Below are positions 1 through 9,513 of a stretch of DNA of 50,581 nt, piece after piece. Every line of letters begins with the position of its first letter. Position 1 is the stretch's first letter. Where the stretch lies: the NCBI GenBank assembly GCA_030916965.1, contig JAUPVQ010000005.1, positions 1 to 50,581 on the forward strand. The letters run 5' to 3'. This DNA is from Patescibacteria group bacterium. Lineage in GTDB: Bacteria > Patescibacteriota > Minisyncoccia > Phycocordibacterales > UBA9973. The notes beneath the pieces were generated by a model that worked only from the letters and a program-made list of their open reading frames with translations, made no database searches and had not been told where the DNA came from. The position numbers and the translations under genes were made by a program.

Positions 1-13
1 TTGTTTATATTGT

Positions 14-214
14 TTATTTAGCGATAAATGGCAATAGGCCCATGAATCGTGAACGCTTGATTGCCTCGGCTACCTTGCGTTGATTTTTAGAAGTTGTGTT
101 TGTCTTCTTGCGACCCATCATGCGAGCATTTGGGGCAATAAACTTTTTCAGCAATTCTATATCTTTGTAATCAATATATTTTATATTGTTTGAAGAGAAA
201 TAATCTTGTTTCAT
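14..214 (-). CDS. rpsR: 30S ribosomal protein S18
   Basis: IDYKD...L.KF and QRKVAEAIKRSRFMGLLPF motifs; rpsF-ssb-rpsR order. Confidence 0.97.
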   Translation of the reverse strand: MKQDYFSSNNIKYIDYKDIELLKKFIAPNARMMGRKKTNTTSKNQRKVAEAIKRSRFMGLLPFIAK

Positions 215-236
215 AAATTTTTAATAATTTTAATAA

Positions 237-692
237 TTAGAATGGAATATCTTCTGATGCGATTTCATCTTGAGGATAATCTATTGTATCAAGCCCACTA
301 TCATCTTGTTCGTTTGATTTAGCAGGTGCTTGTGTTGGGGCTCCTCCTGTACGTGGTGCATTGCCTGTAGATCCAAATTGGACTCGATCTGCAACAACCT
401 CTGTACGATACTTCTTTGTGCCAGTTGTGGCATCATCCCAGCTACGTGTCTGCATGCGGCCCTCTATCATTACTTGGCTACCCTTTTTCATATATTGGGC
501 AACTGTTTCTGCTTGGCGACCAAATACTACAACATTGTGATAATCTGCTGCTTCCTGTTTGGCACCATTTTGGTCCTTCCAAACACGATTTGTAGCCACA
601 GAGAAGCTACACACTTTGATACCAGATGGTAATGCTTTCAACTCAGGATCCCGAGTTAGATTACCTATGATTAATGCTTTGTTTAAGTACAT
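237..692 (-). CDS. ssb: single-stranded DNA-binding protein
   Basis: LNKALIIGNLTRDPE N-terminus, acidic EDIPF C-terminus. Confidence 0.98.
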   Translation of the reverse strand: MYLNKALIIGNLTRDPELKALPSGIKVCSFSVATNRVWKDQNGAKQEAADYHNVVVFGRQAETVAQYMKKGSQVMIEGRMQTRSWDDATTGTKKYRTEVVADRVQFGSTGNAPRTGGAPTQAPAKSNEQDDSGLDTIDYPQDEIASEDIPF

Positions 693-722
693 ATATAATA
701 TAGGATTAATTTATTAATACCT

Positions 723-1202
723 TTATTCTACCACAAGAGCATCGATATCTTTGTCGATAGTCTCTTCGTTTATTGGTCCTGCTTCTGCCTCCACAGCTTT
801 TGCAGTACGGCGCTTTGCACCTGCACCACCTTCAGTTTTTGTGTATGCACGCTTTGGAGCCATTGTGCTCTCTCGAACTGTCTTTATAAGAAGGAATCGG
901 ATTATTGATTCGTTCTTATCAAGCATTTCTTTTACCTTTAGAATATTTTCTGTTGGGATTTCGAATTTCACCCATCCAAAATAACCTGTAGTAAACTTTG
1001 CTTTTTTGTTAAGGATTGTACGAGACATCTCGTAAGCAAGCTCAATCATCTTTGGATATTCATCAGAAATGAATTGTGCTCCATTCCCTGACAACATATC
1101 CTTCAACACTGTAACTTCACCTCCTACATTCTCTTCCGCAATAGTTGGCACCAAAAGGTATCCAACCTCATATACGGTCATTTTTGCTTCTTTTTCTTCC
1201 AT
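723..1202 (-). CDS. rpsF: 30S ribosomal protein S6 with C-terminal extension
   Basis: YEVGYLLVP, LAYEM and IIRFLLIK motifs; synteny with ssb and rpsR. Confidence 0.93.
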   Translation of the reverse strand: MEEKEAKMTVYEVGYLLVPTIAEENVGGEVTVLKDMLSGNGAQFISDEYPKMIELAYEMSRTILNKKAKFTTGYFGWVKFEIPTENILKVKEMLDKNESIIRFLLIKTVRESTMAPKRAYTKTEGGAGAKRRTAKAVEAEAGPINEETIDKDIDALVVE

Positions 1203-1233
1203 AAAACGTTATTTTTTAAATTTTAATAATACA

Positions 1234-1282
1234 TCTCGCTATGGACCTAAGTGATACGCTTTCAGGAGCGCATCAAACGAGA
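1234..1282 (-). promoter_or_regulatory. structured 5' leader of the rpsF operon, candidate S6:S18 autoregulatory element
   Basis: nested stems 1234-1240/1276-1282 and 1252-1260/1267-1275, located between the promoter and the rpsF start. Confidence 0.45.
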
Positions 1283-1289
1283 CTTGCCT

Positions 1290-1318
1290 ATATTAGCAGA
1301 AATAAGGCCACATGTCAA
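1290..1318 (-). promoter_or_regulatory. sigma70 promoter of the rpsF operon
   Basis: TTGACA-17bp-TAATAT with extended TGn on the minus strand. Confidence 0.75.
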
Positions 1319-1337
1319 AGTGACTATTGATTCTGGG

Positions 1338-2180
1338 TTATTTTATGGTGAATTTACTGGAAACTGCGTAAAAACTATCCGTGAAAGGAGTATCTTTCGT
1401 AGTATTGGTAAATACATTATTTTTTATAGGAATAGGGGTAGAGTTACCCATTGGTATATGAGTACTATCCATTATAGGATAATAAACAGAAAATTGATAT
1501 TTATTAGTAAAAGATTTACTTTTTGGATTTAAAGCTACCCCGAACAACTTACGTGCTGGCAAGGTAAATGTTGCTGAACCAGTATTTTTTGTCTTAAGTC
1601 TATAGTTTACAACTGGGGTATTATTAATAGTACCACCATTTGAATCGACTGTTGATATACCTATTATAACTTCCGCATCACTAGGAATGTTTCTAGTATT
1701 CCATTTTACCTTTACGGTATCGCCCGGCTTAAAAGTATCCCTGCTCGTTGGAGAAATTACTTCAATCTCAGGCCCAGTACATTTTTTTGCACATGGAGTT
1801 ACCTTAAATTTTTTCGAGCTACTATTCTTCCCCGCCACACCATTTAAGGACGTAACTGAAATATCAAACTTATTGTTTAAAAATTGACTTGGTAAATCAT
1901 TTAGCAAATAAAAACTTGCTGAGCCAGTATTCTTTGCATACGCTTGAGCCCCAAACCCCGCACTTCCTGTGGTAGTATTTGTGTTAAGCCCTATTACAAC
2001 AGTCTCATCGGAAGGAACCCCAACACTACTCCATTTGACTGTTATTTTATCCCCAAGCCTAATCGTCTTGCTATCCATTGGGGAAAGGATTGTAATACTA
2101 GGAACTGGGTCCGCGTTTACTTTTTGTGCCCCTAAACCAAAAACCAATATAAAAGACAGAAGAGTGAAAAGTTTTTTCAT
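1338..2180 (-). CDS. secreted Ser/Thr-rich protein with two repeated Ig-like modules
   Basis: signal peptide; two copies of I.(I/V).SP....G..(I/V).VKW....P.D..V.IG...KNTGSA.F. Confidence 0.7.
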   Translation of the reverse strand: MKKLFTLLSFILVFGLGAQKVNADPVPSITILSPMDSKTIRLGDKITVKWSSVGVPSDETVVIGLNTNTTTGSAGFGAQAYAKNTGSASFYLLNDLPSQFLNNKFDISVTSLNGVAGKNSSSKKFKVTPCAKKCTGPEIEVISPTSRDTFKPGDTVKVKWNTRNIPSDAEVIIGISTVDSNGGTINNTPVVNYRLKTKNTGSATFTLPARKLFGVALNPKSKSFTNKYQFSVYYPIMDSTHIPMGNSTPIPIKNNVFTNTTKDTPFTDSFYAVSSKFTIK

Positions 2181-2247
2181 AATTATTCTACTTTATTAAT
2201 ATGAATATATTGTACCATTTTAAATTTAAAAGGCTAAAAAAATTTTC

Positions 2248-3762
2248 TTATTTTTTTAAAACACAATCTGGTAAATGTTCTAGGACGTCTATTGCATGAG
2301 ATGCATCACTTACGCTATCTACTTTACCAAATCTTATTTTCATATATTCAACATTTTCAATCATTCTTTTTATAGCACTTTGAACAATTTTTTTCGTATT
2401 AGGATCTAGTTCAAAATCATTTGGCAATTCAGTAAATGGAAGTAACTCGTGTGATAGATCATGAATCAAGTCCATAATTTCATTCTTTTTTTCTGGAATT
2501 TTTGTTTCCATAAGTCTTTTTTCAAGCATTTGTGTAGCTAAAGCCAAATGTTCATTTAATTTAATAGAATCCTTTGAATACAAATCATACATCGTCAAGG
2601 CATGTAAAGTATGTGCTCCCTCGCATGCAGTATTGTGTGTTTTTAGGGTCTCAGCTTGTTTTTCCATTTGCTTCAAAGTAAATTTTTCTTCTCTTGATGT
2701 AGTTGTATCAAATGTGAAGTCAAGCCTTTTTTGGTTTATATTATTTAATTCTTCCAAAGTAACAGGATTACCAACATTACTTCCCATAGTAAAATTTGTT
2801 TTAATTTCCCTTTTTTCAAGCTCTAGTAAAGTTGAAGTAATCCATTCAACTTCGTTTGGATTTAAATATGAGCCAAATCTAGATATTACTAAGTTATTTG
2901 GATTTTTAGCATCGCATTCATAGTGTGCTGGATTACTAATATCATTTATTATTTTATTTACCAATTCTTCACCTTCGCCACCTTCTTTTATAAATTGATC
3001 ATATGCTCCTGAGCGCAATAATGCGTAAGCTGTGCTTCCTAGGTGATATTCTCTTGTTTCTTTGCGTGTATGTTTAATATATTCTTTGTATTTTTTTTCT
3101 TCTTTTATTAATTTATCACCTTCTACCCAATTACGGTATATTCTCAGATAATCTTCAAACCCACCTTTAGCCATAAAAGATCCCTCTTTTTCCAATGAGT
3201 CGTAATCTGATTTTATTTTTTCAATGGCTTTTGCTTTTTGTTCATCATTGTACAAATGTAAATTTTTGTCTGCAAGAAATCCTTCAAAAGACATTTTGGG
3301 TGATTCCTCATAATAAATAGAATCCCCTGTTTTACCCATTAGTTCTAAAAAATCTTTTGTGTTAAATTTTGGATTATCTCCTAATGCAAGTATTTCATGA
3401 TCATGGGAGTAAATTTTCTTATATTTTTCGTATCTATCATTGTAATGTTTTTCTATATCTTTAGGAATTTGCTTTATTACATCATCTCTTAGTGTATTTA
3501 TTGTTTTTTCAATACGCTCTTTACTTATAAAAGTTTCAAATTCTTTTGTTTTTTCTTCTACTTTTTTATCATTAAAATGGCCCATAGTATCAGGACTAAT
3601 TTCTTTAGGTTTAATTGCTTCTGTATGAATAGCAGGGGGATTTAAGTCTTGATTAGAAATTTGTTTATTGTCACCCGTCTTACTTGGGATAGATCCAATC
3701 ACGAGAGCTCCGGCTATCTCTAAACCTTTTTTTAAATTTTTCTTGAAAAAATTATTGTCCAT
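2248..3762 (-). CDS. hypothetical protein
   Basis: 504-aa ORF directly downstream of tatD; K/E-rich, no family recognised. Confidence 0.75.
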   Translation of the reverse strand: MDNNFFKKNLKKGLEIAGALVIGSIPSKTGDNKQISNQDLNPPAIHTEAIKPKEISPDTMGHFNDKKVEEKTKEFETFISKERIEKTINTLRDDVIKQIPKDIEKHYNDRYEKYKKIYSHDHEILALGDNPKFNTKDFLELMGKTGDSIYYEESPKMSFEGFLADKNLHLYNDEQKAKAIEKIKSDYDSLEKEGSFMAKGGFEDYLRIYRNWVEGDKLIKEEKKYKEYIKHTRKETREYHLGSTAYALLRSGAYDQFIKEGGEGEELVNKIINDISNPAHYECDAKNPNNLVISRFGSYLNPNEVEWITSTLLELEKREIKTNFTMGSNVGNPVTLEELNNINQKRLDFTFDTTTSREEKFTLKQMEKQAETLKTHNTACEGAHTLHALTMYDLYSKDSIKLNEHLALATQMLEKRLMETKIPEKKNEIMDLIHDLSHELLPFTELPNDFELDPNTKKIVQSAIKRMIENVEYMKIRFGKVDSVSDASHAIDVLEHLPDCVLKK

Positions 3763-3763
3763 A

Positions 3764-4606
3764 TTATTTTAAATTGAAAACTCTTTTCGCATTTACTACG
3801 AGCTGATTGGCAACTTCGTCGATTGGCAAACCTTTGATTTCAGCGATTTTTTTGACGACTTCTATTACATATACTGGCTCATTTCTCTTGCCACGATATG
3901 GTATAGGGGTTATGTATGGCGAATCAGTTTCCGACATAATCATATCAAGCGGTGTTTGGCGGACAACTTCATCATAATCATGAGTAAATGTAATCACTCC
4001 TGTAAAAGATAATGTGAAGCCGAAATCTACAAACCCTTTCGCATCTTCGAGACTTCCTGCAAAGAAATGCACATCCCCTAAAACCCTCGCATGCTCTTTC
4101 AAAATTTCCAACGCGTCGCTGTATGCATTGAGAGTTTTATCTTCAGGGTTATTGCGAATATGTAGCATCAATGGCTTGTTATATTCATTTGCGAGATTTA
4201 TCTGCTCTATGAAAGCTTGCTTCTGCTTAGCAATTGTTTCCTCTGTACAACGATAGTAATCTAGCCCGCATTCCCCTATTGCTACAACCTTTGGATCGAC
4301 AATTAATTTTTTGTAATTTTCGTAATCAAAAACTTCGCCACGGCTTGTAAAAGCCTTGCCTTCCTCCCCAAGTTCTTTCGTATCGTGATACGATGCGCCA
4401 GTATGTATCGGATGCAATCCAATAATCGCATATACACCATCATATTTATTTGCCATCTCCACTGCAAATCGTGATGTATCTATCTGCGTGCCGACATTGA
4501 TCACAGCAACGCCTGCATCGAGCGCACGCATAATAACAGCATCTCGATCCTCCTCGAATGCCTTGAAATTTGTATGTGAATGTATATCTATGTATTTGAA
4601 ATTCAT
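3764..4606 (-). CDS. tatD: TatD family hydrolase/DNase
   Basis: IDIHSH, GLHP, AIGECGLDY, ETDSPY and RGKRNEP motifs. Confidence 0.96.
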   Translation of the reverse strand: MNFKYIDIHSHTNFKAFEEDRDAVIMRALDAGVAVINVGTQIDTSRFAVEMANKYDGVYAIIGLHPIHTGASYHDTKELGEEGKAFTSRGEVFDYENYKKLIVDPKVVAIGECGLDYYRCTEETIAKQKQAFIEQINLANEYNKPLMLHIRNNPEDKTLNAYSDALEILKEHARVLGDVHFFAGSLEDAKGFVDFGFTLSFTGVITFTHDYDEVVRQTPLDMIMSETDSPYITPIPYRGKRNEPVYVIEVVKKIAEIKGLPIDEVANQLVVNAKRVFNLK

Positions 4607-4620
4607 AAATTTTTTGACTT

Positions 4621-4713
4621 CCTCCCCTCCTTACCAAGGAGGGAAATGAGGGGGGTTCCCCGAATTAATTAAGAACCTCTCCCCTGACCCCTCTCCTTGT
4701 TAAGGAGAGGGGG
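4621..4713. repeat. tail-to-tail pair of hairpin+tail palindromic repeats (BoxC/REP-like)
   Basis: CCCTCCTT-acc-AAGGAGGG (4625-4643) plus purine tail; AACCTCTCCCCTGA tail plus CCCCTCTCCTT-gtt-AAGGAGAGGGG (4688-4712). Confidence 0.85.
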
Positions 4714-5059
4714 AATCCAATTCCCTCATAATTTTATCTACCACTCCATCTATATTAGCATTTACTTCATTATTCCAAAAACGCAAAACCCTGATACCTA
4801 GATTGTTTAAAAATTTAGTTCTTTCTTTGTCATACTCTTTATTTTCAATATGTTGTGAGCCATCAATTTCAATCGCTAACTTTTTTATTGAACAATAAAA
4901 ATCCAAAACATACGGTCCAACAGAATATTGCCTTTTAAATTTATACCCCGTCTGTCCCCTCCTTAATCTTGCCCACAAAATAATTTCTTGGAGAGTTTGA
5001 TTCCTCCTTAAAAATAAACGTTTGCCTAAATTCTTAGATTTGTTGTACAAAATTGTCAT
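4700..5059 (-). CDS. DUF559 / Vsr-like PD-(D/E)xK endonuclease domain protein
   Basis: LRRNQT..E..LW..LR, KFKRQYSVGPYVLDFYC, LAIEIDGSQH, D.ERT.FL...GIRVLRFWN.EV. Confidence 0.92.
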   Translation of the reverse strand: MTILYNKSKNLGKRLFLRRNQTLQEIILWARLRRGQTGYKFKRQYSVGPYVLDFYCSIKKLAIEIDGSQHIENKEYDKERTKFLNNLGIRVLRFWNNEVNANIDGVVDKIMRELDSPSP

Positions 5060-5068
5060 ATTAGCATT

Positions 5069-5114
5069 TCCTCCTCTCCTTAATAAGGAGAGGACTGAGG
5101 AGAGGTTCTTAATT
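5069..5114. repeat. single hairpin+tail repeat, inverted relative to the copy at 4667-4712
   Basis: TCCTCTCCTT-aat-AAGGAGAGGA followed by CTGAGGAGAGGTTCTTAATT. Confidence 0.85.
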
Positions 5115-5125
5115 TAAAATCCATA

Positions 5126-5596
5126 TTAATCCGTGACAACAAAATCAACCCATTTATACGGCGAAGCTTTTGGGTCTATCTCCTTTAATTTTTTACTGGT
5201 TATATAACACACCTTGTCCATCCCATATTTATCACCTGAATGGACATCTCCGTCTATGTCACGAATAACTTCAAAAGTAATATATGGAAGAGTAACATCT
5301 TTTCCATCAAGTTTTTCACAAATGATTCTATTGTTATAATTTCTATAAATAATGAAAGCAGGCATACTTAAAAGTAAAACAAGGCAAACTATATAATAAA
5401 TTTTCTTAGAATTTTGCCGACGTGTAATAAAAATTATAAATGTAAATACCAAAAAAGATACAAGTATTACCCCTCCTACTCCTAAACGAGACGGTATGGG
5501 TACCACCTCCCACAGCAGAAAAGACATGACTGTTGGGAGAATTGCAATAAAGGCACTATACAGAAAATCTTTTATGATTGGAATTATATTTTGCAT
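5126..5596 (-). CDS. hypothetical membrane protein (3 TM)
   Basis: three hydrophobic segments; in the metG transcription unit. Confidence 0.7.
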   Translation of the reverse strand: MQNIIPIIKDFLYSAFIAILPTVMSFLLWEVVPIPSRLGVGGVILVSFLVFTFIIFITRRQNSKKIYYIVCLVLLLSMPAFIIYRNYNNRIICEKLDGKDVTLPYITFEVIRDIDGDVHSGDKYGMDKVCYITSKKLKEIDPKASPYKWVDFVVTD

Positions 5597-5598
5597 AT

Positions 5599-7149
5599 TT
5601 AATCTTTTCTTAAAAACAAAGGTTCTGTTGGTTTTTTGTTTTCTTTTATCAGATTTAAAATCTTTTCTGATGTTTCTGGAATAATAGGAAGTAGCATTTC
5701 AGCAATACCATGGAGACGCACGACAAGATCCTTAATTAAACTTTTACCTTTTTCTAAATCAACTTTAACAACTTTAAAAGGTTCTGTAGATTGAATAATT
5801 TTATCTACATTTTGAATTTCATTCCAAATAAAATCTGTTGCATGTTTTATTTCAAATTTTTCAAGATAATCAAAGCAAGCTTTTTGCATAGAATTTGTAA
5901 AAGTCTCAGGGCATCCATCCAAATATTTTTCTGAAAGTGTTAGGATACGCGAAGTTAAATTACCTAATCCATTTGCTAGTCCAGAATTATATGCATCTTT
6001 GAATCGCTCTATTGTGAACGGTGAATCTTCAAAATTGCTTACTTCTCGGAGGAGGAAATAGCGAAGTGCATCTGTACCATACTCAGCCACTATATCGCTC
6101 GGGTCTACTACGTTCCCTAGTGTTTTACTCATTTTAAGGCCTCCATCTGCTGTTATAAAGCCATTTACCACGATTTGATGGGAGTTCGGTACATCGGCTG
6201 CCATAAGCATGGCTTGCCACATAGCACTCTGGAAGCGTGTATTGTCCTTACCACAGTATTGCGTCGGATTGCCATTGACCCAGTATTTCTCAAAGAGAGA
6301 TTGCATTTCCCCTCCTCCTTTATAAGGGGGAGGCTGGGTGGGGGTTCCTAAATTAAGAACCTCTCCCCGGCCCTCTCCTTGGTAAGGAGAGGGGGCACCC
6401 TCTGGCCAGCCTAAGGTAGAAATATAATTTGTAAGCGCATCAAACCATACATACATAACTTGCTCCTCATCGCCGGGCACAGGTATCCCCCACGGCATTT
6501 TGGATTTGAGTCGTGAGATCGAGAAGTCTTGCAAGCCATTCTCGACAAAAGAAATAATTTCATTAAAACGAAATTCTGGAATTACAAAGGTAGGATTATT
6601 TTTGTAGAATTCCAAAAGCTTATCTTGGAATGCAGAATACTTAAAGAAGTAATTTTCTTCTTTGATAATTTGCAAATCAATACCTGGATGATCCGGGCAC
6701 TGCCCTTGCTCGTTGAGTTCGCTGTCCGTCTTTTCACTTTCACACCCTACACAATATTTTGCTTCGTAGGTTTTCTTGTAAATATATCCATTGTCGTATA
6801 CACGTTTCCAGAATTCTTGGGCAGCTTGCTCGTGATTACTATCTGTAGTACGAATAAAGTGTATATCATCGCTTACACCAAACATCTTGATTTGATTTTT
6901 AAATGTAGCAAAACCAGCATCTACAAACTCTTGTGCTGTTAATCCATTTGCATTTGCCTTCTCGTAAATTTTTGTGCCATGCTCATCGGTCCCAGTATTG
7001 AAATAAACATCAAAGCCAACGAGCTTTTTGTACCGAGCGATTACGTCGGCACGTACGAACTCCAATGCATGCCCCATATGAAGTGGCGCATTTACATATG
7101 GTAATGTTGTAGTTAGATAAAAAGGTTTTCCAGTATTTTCATTATTCAT
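5599..7149 (-). CDS. metG: methionine--tRNA ligase (short form) with an in-frame repeat insertion
   Basis: YLTTTLPYVNAPLHMGH, GTDEHG, YVWFDAL and KMSKTLGN motifs. Confidence 0.97.
   Translation of the reverse strand: MNNENTGKPFYLTTTLPYVNAPLHMGHALEFVRADVIARYKKLVGFDVYFNTGTDEHGTKIYEKANANGLTAQEFVDAGFATFKNQIKMFGVSDDIHFIRTTDSNHEQAAQEFWKRVYDNGYIYKKTYEAKYCVGCESEKTDSELNEQGQCPDHPGIDLQIIKEENYFFKYSAFQDKLLEFYKNNPTFVIPEFRFNEIISFVENGLQDFSISRLKSKMPWGIPVPGDEEQVMYVWFDALTNYISTLGWPEGAPSPYQGEGRGEVLNLGTPTQPPPYKGGGEMQSLFEKYWVNGNPTQYCGKDNTRFQSAMWQAMLMAADVPNSHQIVVNGFITADGGLKMSKTLGNVVDPSDIVAEYGTDALRYFLLREVSNFEDSPFTIERFKDAYNSGLANGLGNLTSRILTLSEKYLDGCPETFTNSMQKACFDYLEKFEIKHATDFIWNEIQNVDKIIQSTEPFKVVKVDLEKGKSLIKDLVVRLHGIAEMLLPIIPETSEKILNLIKENKKPTEPLFLRKD
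6304..6399. repeat. tail-to-tail repeat pair inserted in frame in metG
   Basis: hairpins 6311-6333 and 6371-6393 with the shared AATTAAGAACCTCTCC tail; encodes GAPSPYQGEGRGEVLNLGTPTQPPPYKGGGEM. Confidence 0.85.
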
Positions 7150-7152
7150 AAA

Positions 7153-8220
7153 TTAATTTGCCCGCGCAGTTATCTTTTTCTTTTCTCTGTCGTCTAGGAA
7201 TTCCAGCAACAACACAGCAACTGGTATAGCAAGTACTACTCCCCAAAATCCTGCAAGTGTATAACCGATTAGTAATGATAGTATCACAACTAATTGTGAT
7301 ATTCCTACAACCTTTTTTACAATCAGTGGATATATTAAGTACGCTTCAAATTGATGGATAACAAAGTACAATATTCCCACCATAAATGCGAGGCTTACTC
7401 CCCCTCCGAGATATCCAAATAACATAGCAGGGATAACAGCAAGTAGTATACCAAATGGCACAAGCTCCAAACATGCAGTTAACAATGCCACAACAAGCGC
7501 ATACTTTACTCCCAGAATGACCAAACCTAAATATGTCAGGAGTCCTACAATCACACCAAGTAACATCTGCCCCTGCATCCATAGTCCAATCTTGTGCTCA
7601 GTGCGTAGCCACAGATCTATCACATACTCTTCATGTTTGTCCGGCACAACAATACGCAAGAAATTCTCTATACCCTTTTCTTTAACAGAAAGGTAAAACG
7701 AAATAATTACAATAAGTACCAAGTTCAATATTCCACCAAAAGCTGTACTAAATATTGTGAGGAATCCTCCAGAGAAGCTCCCTGTAAGTCCTTGTGTACT
7801 TTTGATAACTTCGCCAAGTGAAGCATTGTGGGAAATTGTACTTACGACTCCTTTTGCCCCAGTAATAGTATTGGATTGGAAAGAATTGAGTATACTACCC
7901 TCTGGAATATATTTTGCAGATTGATCAACAAGTGCAGACATTTCCTCAAGGAATACTGGTACAAATACACTAAAGAGTCCTACTACAATCCCAAAAGATA
8001 CAAGGTAGATCAAGAATACTGCAATTGCGCGATTTTTTATAAAAGGCTTCATCTTTTTTACGCCAGACTCTATAAATGAGGCGATTACAATCGCAGTTAG
8101 AACGACAAGCACAATATCACGCAATTTTATAAGGGCAAAGATAGAAATGACAATAACAGCCACGCGAACAAGCGTACCAGTCGATATGGAGATTGTAGTA
8201 TTTTTGGGACTATCATTCAT
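7153..8220 (-). CDS. AI-2E family transporter
   Basis: polytopic membrane protein; LELVPFG and QFEAYLIYPLIVKKVVGIS...GFWGVVLAIP motifs. Confidence 0.92.
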   Translation of the reverse strand: MNDSPKNTTISISTGTLVRVAVIVISIFALIKLRDIVLVVLTAIVIASFIESGVKKMKPFIKNRAIAVFLIYLVSFGIVVGLFSVFVPVFLEEMSALVDQSAKYIPEGSILNSFQSNTITGAKGVVSTISHNASLGEVIKSTQGLTGSFSGGFLTIFSTAFGGILNLVLIVIISFYLSVKEKGIENFLRIVVPDKHEEYVIDLWLRTEHKIGLWMQGQMLLGVIVGLLTYLGLVILGVKYALVVALLTACLELVPFGILLAVIPAMLFGYLGGGVSLAFMVGILYFVIHQFEAYLIYPLIVKKVVGISQLVVILSLLIGYTLAGFWGVVLAIPVAVLLLEFLDDREKKKITARAN

Positions 8221-8241
8221 ATTATAATAATATCACACAAA

Positions 8242-9513
8242 CTAAAATTCTAGTATTTTCTCAAATTTCATTTTATCTTTAAAAGGCCCAATGATTGTAA
8301 GGTTCAAATTCTTTTTGATAAATATTTTGCGTGCCATATTGCGTATATCAACAGCGGTGACCTTGTTGAGCTCTTTGGCTTTTTCCTCGATAGTCTTCAT
8401 TTCCTTTTTCAAAATCTCTTGCCCCCCGTAGAAATTGGCTATATCATCCGTCGCTTCAAGCGATAGTTTGGAGTTCCCTATGATAAATGATTTTACTTTT
8501 GCCAATTCTTTTTCACTTACTAATTCCTCTGTAAGTTTTTTACATTCTTTCAAAATTTCTTTTATTACTTCCTCGGCTCTTGCATTTGTAACTCCAGCAG
8601 AGATCTGGAATGCTCCATGATCAAGACTTGTGTCATTACCTGCGCGCACATAGTACGCTACTCCCATATCTTCACGTAATTTTATAAATAATCTAGAGCT
8701 CATACCCATACCAAGTATTCCTCCGAGTAATGACAGTGTGGAATTCTTTTTATCGAACATATCAAAGCTCCTCACCCCTAGCACGAAGTGGGTTTGATCG
8801 CTATCTTTGTATTTCAACAAAACGGCAGGACTCTTTTGGGTACTGATTGTTTTTTTCTTTTTGCCTTTTGCTCCTGTGTGGACTTCTTTGAAATGTTTTT
8901 TAGCTTCATTTAAAACTTGCTTTGTGTCGATATTCCCAGCCACAACAATCGTTGTTGCACTTGCTACATAGTGTTCTTTTTTATATTTCACAAAGTCATC
9001 CCTCTTCATTCCCCTCACATTTTCGCGTGTACCTGCAATATTTCTACCGGCAGGTTGATCACCATATAGCAACTCTTGGAATAAATCTTGCACATGACGA
9101 TGTGGCATATCTTCATACATATTTATCTCTTCTACTATTACACCCTTCTCCTTCTCCATTTCAGTTTCAGGAAAAGTGGAGTTTAAATAAATATCCGAAA
9201 TAATTTCAAAAATCTTTTTGAAATGTTTGCTGTCCGCTTTTGCATAGTAGCCTGTCAATTCATGATCAGTAAAAGCGTTGTATTGGCAACCTAGAGCATC
9301 AAGTTCGTGTGATATAGCTTGTGCGCTCGGCCGAGCAACTGTACCCTTGAAGCACATATGCTCTAGGAAGTGTGATATTCCACCCACCTTTTTATCCTCA
9401 TAGTCACTCCCCGTCCCCACCAATACAAGCACAGTGACAGTAGGATTGTCCTTCATAGGCACAGTCACAATCCGCAAGCCATTTGGTAATGTTGTCTTCT
9501 TAGGTTTTTGCAT
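8242..9513 (-). CDS. M16 (pitrilysin) family zinc peptidase
   Basis: LPNGLRI, GISHFLEHMCFKGT (HxxEH), NAFT, SSRLF..LRE. Confidence 0.95.
   Translation of the reverse strand: MQKPKKTTLPNGLRIVTVPMKDNPTVTVLVLVGTGSDYEDKKVGGISHFLEHMCFKGTVARPSAQAISHELDALGCQYNAFTDHELTGYYAKADSKHFKKIFEIISDIYLNSTFPETEMEKEKGVIVEEINMYEDMPHRHVQDLFQELLYGDQPAGRNIAGTRENVRGMKRDDFVKYKKEHYVASATTIVVAGNIDTKQVLNEAKKHFKEVHTGAKGKKKKTISTQKSPAVLLKYKDSDQTHFVLGVRSFDMFDKKNSTLSLLGGILGMGMSSRLFIKLREDMGVAYYVRAGNDTSLDHGAFQISAGVTNARAEEVIKEILKECKKLTEELVSEKELAKVKSFIIGNSKLSLEATDDIANFYGGQEILKKEMKTIEEKAKELNKVTAVDIRNMARKIFIKKNLNLTIIGPFKDKMKFEKILEF

Noticed and set aside
4621-6399. Palindromic repeats as a CRISPR array
   Set aside because: Units are degenerate, in mixed orientation and irregularly spaced, and no cas genes are present.
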